From: Candidatus Eiseniibacteriota bacterium
Lineage (GTDB): Bacteria > Eisenbacteria > RBG-16-71-46 > CAVPCR01
DNA: 64,000 bases
Assembly: GCA_963823555.1 (NCBI GenBank)
Contig: CAWGMA010000004.1
Span: 128,001-192,000 of the forward strand
Direction: 5' to 3'
The position numbers were made by a program, and so were the translations under genes. The notes below the pieces were generated by a model that saw only the letters and a list, made by a program, of their open reading frames with translations, was not told the DNA's origin and ran no database searches. Shown one piece after another: positions 58,270-64,000 of this stretch; positions within the stretch are counted from its first letter, which is position 1, and each line of letters opens with the position of its first letter.

Positions 58270-59565
58270 ATGAGGAGGCCTGAGTTCCCGGAGCGGCTGA
58301 TTCCTGCCTCGTTGGGTCTCGTGCTGCTGGCCGTGGGCTCCGGCTTCGGGCCGGGCATGGCCCGCGCCGCGACTGGACCGACGGCGGTCGTCTCCGGGGA
58401 GCTCATGGACCCCTCCGGTTCGCGCCCGCTGCCTGGCACGGAGGTCTGGCTCGGACCAGGACAGCGGTCAGCGACCGATGCCGCGGGCCGCTTCCACTTC
58501 TCGGGAGTGACCACCGCCGTCTACCGTCTCATCGTCCCGGGAGCCTGCAATCTGGTGCCGCTTCGCGTCGAGGTGCGTCCCGGGGAAGATCTCGAGCTCC
58601 GGGCCGCCGCCGACTTCGCCTGCCCGGACGGGCAGCGGCTCTGGGATCCCGACAGCCTGCCCCCGAGCTTCGCGCGCGAGCCCCTGCGCACCATCCTGGC
58701 CACCTCTCGGCCGCATTTCATGCTGGATGGCACCGCTCCCGCCTGGCAGATGATGGACGCTGGCCAGGAGGGCCCCGTGGTCATCGGTGTCCCGGCCCGT
58801 CCCGGTGCCCCCGCGCGAACCGTGGCGGATACCGTCGCTGGCCCCGCCTGGATCACGCTCCGGGAGCGCGATCCGGATTCCTCTCACTCCCGCCAGTTCA
58901 CCTTGCTTGCGGATGGAACGCTCGGCGTCGCTCTCATCGCCGAGTCGCCTCAAGCGCCGATCCTCAGGCGCAAGTTATGCGCTCGTTGCGTCTCGGATTT
59001 CTTCAGTGAGCTTGCATCACTCGATCTGGCGGGGGGATCTGCTGACTTTTGCCGCGAGAAAGGTGGCCGTTCCGTGACGATCGCCGGCGTCGTCGGGGGG
59101 AGGACCTTCATGATCCATACTGCCGGCCTGCGGCTGGCTCCGGTCGAGGCGGTCCGGACGCGCCTCCTCGACCTGGGCGGTCTCCCCGGCTACGTCGACC
59201 CCGTTGCGCGGGCTCGCTTCACTCCCCAGCTCAGCTTCGAAGTCCCGGAGTTCGTCGGACAGGGAGAGCGCTTCACGGTGCGGGCCCGGGTCGCCGTGGA
59301 GGAGGGGGTCTTCCTGTCGGGAGCGGCTCTGTGGCTCGAGGTGGCGCGGGCGGAGCCGGTGGCCGGGGATCGCGGTGCGAGCGGTTCGCTCGCGGCGGGG
59401 CAGCCCCTCGTGATCGAGGCGGATTTCCTCGTGCCCGTCGAGCCCACCGGCCCGGGGCCAGCCACCACCCTCCGTGCCGAGCTCTTCTTCGCTGCGGAGA
59501 ACGCGGTGCCGGAGGATCCCTCGCTCGAGCGTCCATCGCGCGTGATCCGCATCCGCGCGCGCTAG
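58270..59565 (+). CDS. Secreted protein with carboxypeptidase-regulatory-like N-terminal domain
   Basis: Signal peptide; VSGELMD..PLPGTEV..TDAAGRFHFSGV. The rest is unrecognised. Confidence 0.6.
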   Translation: MRRPEFPERLIPASLGLVLLAVGSGFGPGMARAATGPTAVVSGELMDPSGSRPLPGTEVWLGPGQRSATDAAGRFHFSGVTTAVYRLIVPGACNLVPLRVEVRPGEDLELRAAADFACPDGQRLWDPDSLPPSFAREPLRTILATSRPHFMLDGTAPAWQMMDAGQEGPVVIGVPARPGAPARTVADTVAGPAWITLRERDPDSSHSRQFTLLADGTLGVALIAESPQAPILRRKLCARCVSDFFSELASLDLAGGSADFCREKGGRSVTIAGVVGGRTFMIHTAGLRLAPVEAVRTRLLDLGGLPGYVDPVARARFTPQLSFEVPEFVGQGERFTVRARVAVEEGVFLSGAALWLEVARAEPVAGDRGASGSLAAGQPLVIEADFLVPVEPTGPGPATTLRAELFFAAENAVPEDPSLERPSRVIRIRAR

Positions 59566-59566
59566 G

Positions 59567-60397
59567 TCAGGGGGTGCCGCCCGTCCCTGCCCCGACGGCA
59601 GGCTCTCTCACCTTCACCGTGCGCGCTGGAATCCCGTGGGCGATGCCGAGGTCGGGCACGTCCTTCGTGACGACCGCTCCGGCGCCGATGACCGCTCCCC
59701 GGCCCACGGTGACCCCCTCGAGGATCGTCACTCCGGCCCCGAGCCATGATCCGCTCCCCACCGTCGTTGGCTTCGATGCCGAGAGATCGTACTGCTTGGC
59801 GATCGGGATGTCCGTGCGGTCGAGCTGGTAAGAACCTCCGCTCAGGATGTAGCAGTAGGCGGCGATCACGGTGTCGGCGCCGATCACGACACGGTTCGCT
59901 GAGAAGACGTCGCAGCTGAAGCCGAAGTTCACGTTACGCTCGAGCACGATGTCCCCGTCCTTGCAGCTGAGGATGGTGTTGCGCCCGAGAAAGACCTGGT
60001 CGCCAAGGACGATGCCCTGGTTGTGCGTGCCCTTGGCGTCGAGGAGGCAGTTGTCATCGATCACGCAGCCGTCGCCGATCCAGATCTTGTGGGGATGGCG
60101 GAAGGTCACGTTGGCGCCGAATACGACGCCGCGCCCGACGTGCCCGAGGAAGGAACGATAGAGCTTGCCGCGGAGGAAGATGCCGAGGGCGCCGGGAAGT
60201 CGGCCAACGAAGAGCATGATGAGCTCGAAACGGAGGAGCGGCCATAGACCCCGGCGCCCGATGACCAGGTCCTGGTACTGGGTCATCTTGGATCCCGGCT
60301 GGGCAAGCGCGCCGTGCACCTTGACCTCGGTGCCGCGTCCACGGCTCTCGCTTCCGGGATCGACACCCTCATGGCCGGCGGCTCGGTCTGAGCTCAT
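59567..60397 (-). CDS. Hexapeptide-repeat O-acyltransferase
   Basis: Repeated IGDGCVI / LGDQVFL / IGADTVI units; SWLGAGVTILEGVTVGRGAVIGAGAVVTKDV and GIPA. Confidence 0.88.
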   Translation of the reverse strand: MSSDRAAGHEGVDPGSESRGRGTEVKVHGALAQPGSKMTQYQDLVIGRRGLWPLLRFELIMLFVGRLPGALGIFLRGKLYRSFLGHVGRGVVFGANVTFRHPHKIWIGDGCVIDDNCLLDAKGTHNQGIVLGDQVFLGRNTILSCKDGDIVLERNVNFGFSCDVFSANRVVIGADTVIAAYCYILSGGSYQLDRTDIPIAKQYDLSASKPTTVGSGSWLGAGVTILEGVTVGRGAVIGAGAVVTKDVPDLGIAHGIPARTVKVREPAVGAGTGGTP

Positions 60398-60422
60398 ATC
60401 GGTCTCCCTTCGGGTCTTGGCT

Positions 60423-61412
60423 TCAGAGCAGCTTCTGCTCTCGGTACCACTCTGCCAGCTCGGCGAGGCCACGGTCGAGTCGAACCTGAGGCTTGTAGTC
60501 GAGGATCGCTCGGGCGCGCTCGGTCGAGTACGCGCGGTCGGTGCCGAAGAAGGCAATGCGCCGCCGATAGAGCGGCGGCGAGATGCGGAGCGGACGGCAC
60601 AGGATCTCGGAGAGAACCGCCAGCGCATGAACCGGAGCGTAGGGAATGCGCCAGGTCGGTGCCGGCACGCCCAGAATGCGTGCGACTAGACGCATGAGAT
60701 CGCCGGTCGTGATCGGGGAGTCGTCGGCGAGGAGGATGGTCTGGCCGCGCGCATTGGGTGCGCGCAGGGCGCGGAGGATGCCCTCGGCCGCATCGTCGCG
60801 GTGGATGAAATGCAGACGTTTCCGCCCGGAACCGATGAGGACGAACCGCCGGCGCGCGATCGGGCGGAAGAGCTTCAGAAACCGGAGCTCGCCGGGCCCG
60901 TAGATGGCGCAGGGCCTCAGGATGACCGATTCGATGCCGTCGGAATGCGCGATACGCCGCACCGCCTGCTCGCCACGCCACTTGGTGAGCTCGTAGAGAT
61001 CCGCCGGTCGGGGTAAGTCCGCCTCGGTGCCCAGTCGCTCCGGTCCAACGTCGCCGAGCACTCCGGCTGTGGAAACGTAGACGAAGCGGCGAACACGGCT
61101 CCGCGCCGCTGCCTGGAGGAGCCGCTTGGTCCCTTCGCTGTTGACTTGCCAGAAATCGCTGCGCCGGATCGCACCGCCACGGTGCACCGCCGCCATGTGG
61201 AGGATCGCATCCATGTCGCGGGGCGCCTCGTCGAGGGACCACGTGTCCCTGAGATCGCCCGGATGGATCTCGACGCCCATCATCTCGAGCGCCGACGCAT
61301 CGTGTCCCGGCCTGACAAGCGCGCGCACTGCCGCTCCGGTCGAGACCAGACGGCGGCAGACCTCAGTACCCAGGAAACCGGTGGCTCCGGTGAGGAGAAC
61401 GCGTTCGCTCAT
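60423..61412 (-). CDS. NAD-dependent epimerase/dehydratase
   Basis: TGATGFLG, YELTK (YxxxK) and LRPCAIYGP. Confidence 0.9.
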   Translation of the reverse strand: MSERVLLTGATGFLGTEVCRRLVSTGAAVRALVRPGHDASALEMMGVEIHPGDLRDTWSLDEAPRDMDAILHMAAVHRGGAIRRSDFWQVNSEGTKRLLQAAARSRVRRFVYVSTAGVLGDVGPERLGTEADLPRPADLYELTKWRGEQAVRRIAHSDGIESVILRPCAIYGPGELRFLKLFRPIARRRFVLIGSGRKRLHFIHRDDAAEGILRALRAPNARGQTILLADDSPITTGDLMRLVARILGVPAPTWRIPYAPVHALAVLSEILCRPLRISPPLYRRRIAFFGTDRAYSTERARAILDYKPQVRLDRGLAELAEWYREQKLL

Positions 61413-61590
61413 GCGTGGTGGCCGGCGCTGGCTGTGGCGCTCCGGCCGGCGGGGCTAAGATCGGCCCATTTCGCTGCGACCGCAACCCAAAAGCGGGGTC
61501 GGGGGGTGTCACCGGCGTCCGCATCAAAGGCCACGGCGCGCGGTGATTGATCTCCGCGCGCCGTGGCCGCCTGCCCTGTCGCCGATCGCT

Positions 61591-62076
61591 CTAGCGATCG
61601 AGAATCTTCTCGATATCGGCACGCACCAGCAGCGGGTCCTTGTCCTGGGCCAGCGCGATCTCGCGCACCAGCGTGCGGACCGCCGTCTCGAGCATCTCGT
61701 TCTCGTCATCGGTCAGTCGCTTGACTTGACCGAGACGCCCGAGGTCCCGGACCACGGCCGCCAGATCTGCGGGTGTTCCGTTGGCGACGATCGGACGGAA
61801 GATCTTCACTCGCTCTCGCGGTCTGAGCTTGGAGAGCGCCCGCGCCCGCCGCTTGAGCGTGGCCATGACCTTGGAGACATCCGCCGGGGCCATGGGCGCC
61901 CGCATGTTGAGCTGCTCCGCCTTCTCCAAGGGAACGAGGATCTGGGTATTGTGCCGTGGAAAGTGGATCTGGAGGCATCGAGAGGCTCCCCCGAGCAACT
62001 CCGCGGTCTCGATGCGACGAACAACGCCCACCCCATACTTGGGGTGAACAATGTGCTGGCCCACCGTGAACTGCAT
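61591..62076 (-). CDS. CarD/CdnL-family transcriptional regulator (divergent)
   Basis: FTVGQHIVHPKYGVGVV RID domain; GTPADLAAVVRDL and LVREIALA; AAAGGTGG RBS. Confidence 0.82.
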   Translation of the reverse strand: MQFTVGQHIVHPKYGVGVVRRIETAELLGGASRCLQIHFPRHNTQILVPLEKAEQLNMRAPMAPADVSKVMATLKRRARALSKLRPRERVKIFRPIVANGTPADLAAVVRDLGRLGQVKRLTDDENEMLETAVRTLVREIALAQDKDPLLVRADIEKILDR

Positions 62077-62556
62077 GGGTCGACACCACCTTTCTGCCGT
62101 CCGGGTGGCTGCTGCGGGTGCTGTGGCCGGGAGGCGCCGGGGGGACGGTCGGCCACATGGACTCCTGCCCGCAGGTAATCGGACTGGTTGCCCTATTTTA
62201 CACCAGAACACGGCCGTTTTCTCCCTCGAAAGCGCCCCCTCTGGATTTCGATGCGTGGAGATAAGTCATTCTCTCTCCATAGGTTGACTTTTCCGCTGGT
62301 GCCGCCTGAGGCCGTGCCGTGCGTGGTGGGCGGGAATTCCGCGGGCTTTGAACCTGTGGCATCGATGCGGGTATCCTAAGACGAGGAACAGAATTCCTGC
62401 CGCGGGGGGTCGTGGGTGGCCATCCTGGTGCAGGTTCGTGATCGTCAAGTCGGCGGCTGCTGACGGACCCGGAATCCTGGCAGGAAAGGGGTCCGGAAAT
62501 CGGCCCGGGGCGATCCCAGGCAGACACGAGAACGCGCAGAAGGGAGTTCACGGATC

Positions 62557-62877
62557 ATGGTCAACCTGACCGATTCTGCCGTCGCGAAGGTGATGGAGAT
62601 CATTGAGCAGGAGAAGCAGTCCGGCAAAGGCCTCCGCATCTACGTCGAGGGTGGCGGCTGCTCTGGTTTCCAGTACGGTTTCCAGTTCGACGATCCGCGC
62701 GATGGTGATGAGATCGTCGAGTTCTCTGCGTTCCGGCTACTCATCGATCCGTTCAGCCTGAATTACCTGCAGGACTCGCAGGTCGACTATGTCGACGGCC
62801 TGTATGGAGCCGGGTTCCGCATCTCGAACCCGAACGCTTCCGGGACCTGCGGCTGCGGTCACAGCTTCAGCGCCTGA
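62557..62877 (+). CDS. erpA: A-type Fe-S carrier (ErpA/IscA/HesB)
   Basis: LRIYVEGGGCSGFQYG and NPNASGTCGCGHSF. Confidence 0.92.
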   Translation: MVNLTDSAVAKVMEIIEQEKQSGKGLRIYVEGGGCSGFQYGFQFDDPRDGDEIVEFSAFRLLIDPFSLNYLQDSQVDYVDGLYGAGFRISNPNASGTCGCGHSFSA

Positions 62878-63062
62878 CACGACCAGCCCCGGAGTGGATC
62901 TGATGGCAGGGACAGGCCCGCGGCGGAACCGGCCGCGGGCCTCTGCATGACCTGAGCCCTGCCCCTCCCTCGGTCTCGGTCCCGCTTGCCAGCAGAGGGT
63001 TTCCGCGCCAGAATGACCCCCGGCGTGCCCCGCGTCCGACCTCGATGCCCAGGATCTCGCGG

Positions 63063-63962
63063 ATGACGCAAATCACGCTGGCGGAGAAGCTGCGCTACCT
63101 GAGGAAGTCCCGCCACATGTCGCAGGTCGAGCTGGCCCACCGGCTCGGTCTGACCAACAACGCCTTCATCTCCCATCTTGAACGCGGCACCAAGCGGCCA
63201 TCGGAGGCCATGCTGCGCAGGATCGCGGAGATATTCGCCTACGATGCCGACAGCCTGCGCGCCCTGGTATCGCCATCTGCCACCGATGCCCGGCAGGCTG
63301 AGCTCGAGCCGGCGCCCGGAGCCGATCTCCTGGCCCAGATCCGGCGTGAAGCCGGATTGTTCGGCGAACGTCTCAGCGAGCTCGTGGCCGAGACCCTGCC
63401 GTCGTTTCTGTGGAGCCGCGAGCAGCGCGCTGTTGTCGAGAGCACGAGTCAGGAGGTCTGGATCCTGACGCCCATCCTCGCTTACCACGGTGTGCAAGAG
63501 GATCTGGTCCGGGTGGCCGCTGCGAACCTGCAACGCGGGGTCCGCTATCGCTACCTGATCGCCGACGCCAAGGAATCGCGTATCGAGATGGGGCGCATGT
63601 TCACCCGGTACCAGGCCCCGGGCCAGGGAAAGTCGAAAGAGGGGCGTGCGAGAACGGAGCGGGAACAGCGGCTGGTCGCGCGGCACGAAGGGAGAGGTGG
63701 CAAGAGCAGGACCGTGCGGGCTGGTGCCGCGCCCGCTGCGACCGGGAACGACGACGAGAACATGCCGCTGATCGGACTGGTGCCACCGGCCAGCTTCCCC
63801 TTCATCTTCGAGGCAGCCATCTTCGATCCCGCCGACTCCGAACGGATCCGTGGGTCGGTCGTTTCGCCGGCCGCTCGCGGCGATTGGGAGATCGTCCTGA
63901 CTCGGGATCAGACCACGGCACTGGCCGGCCACTTCGCGCGCTGGTGGGAGCGGTTCGCTTGA
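63063..63962 (+). CDS. XRE-family HTH regulator with extended C-terminal domain
   Basis: LRYLRKSRHMSQVELAHRLG..FISHLERGTKRPS, then EVWILTP..NLQRGVRYRYLI. Confidence 0.8.
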   Translation: MTQITLAEKLRYLRKSRHMSQVELAHRLGLTNNAFISHLERGTKRPSEAMLRRIAEIFAYDADSLRALVSPSATDARQAELEPAPGADLLAQIRREAGLFGERLSELVAETLPSFLWSREQRAVVESTSQEVWILTPILAYHGVQEDLVRVAAANLQRGVRYRYLIADAKESRIEMGRMFTRYQAPGQGKSKEGRARTEREQRLVARHEGRGGKSRTVRAGAAPAATGNDDENMPLIGLVPPASFPFIFEAAIFDPADSERIRGSVVSPAARGDWEIVLTRDQTTALAGHFARWWERFA

Positions 63963-64000
63963 TCGATCCGGGTCGCGACGCCCGTGGTTTGTTCTTGTGC

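Noticed and set aside
62557..62877. Second selenoprotein (HesB-like)
   Set aside because: All three conserved positions are ordinary Cys codons; there is no in-frame TGA.

Overview
A GC-rich (roughly 70% by eye), gene-dense bacterial chromosomal window with about 50 protein genes. I found no rRNA, tRNA, CRISPR array, transposase or integrase. Three consecutive secreted proteins end in a FlgD-Ig/T9SS-CTD-like tail, which suggests an FCB-related lineage such as Ca. Eisenbacteria, Krumholzibacteriota or Latescibacterota (inference). Most genes are housekeeping or envelope genes: dusB, alaX, class II photolyase, nadA, a Fur-family regulator, cyclophilin, oppABC, purM, 7Fe ferredoxin, glgP, thiO, pruA, fabI, a carD-like gene and erpA. 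Main signals: (1) a selenoprotein missed by the ORF track (Rdx/SelW family, CxxU, in-frame TGA at 20521, SECIS-like hairpin); (2) directly downstream, a TolC + HlyD pair with no ABC/RND/MFS pump, converging on a DUF3616-like + DUF4956-like pair, a candidate undescribed tripartite envelope system; (3) two tandem ~1170-aa Cys-rich secreted paralogs of unknown function with hairpin-rich leaders; (4) two indel-dense patches (lsrF-like gene and glgP) that look like long-read consensus errors rather than true pseudogenes. All family assignments come from motif recognition by eye, not database searches.
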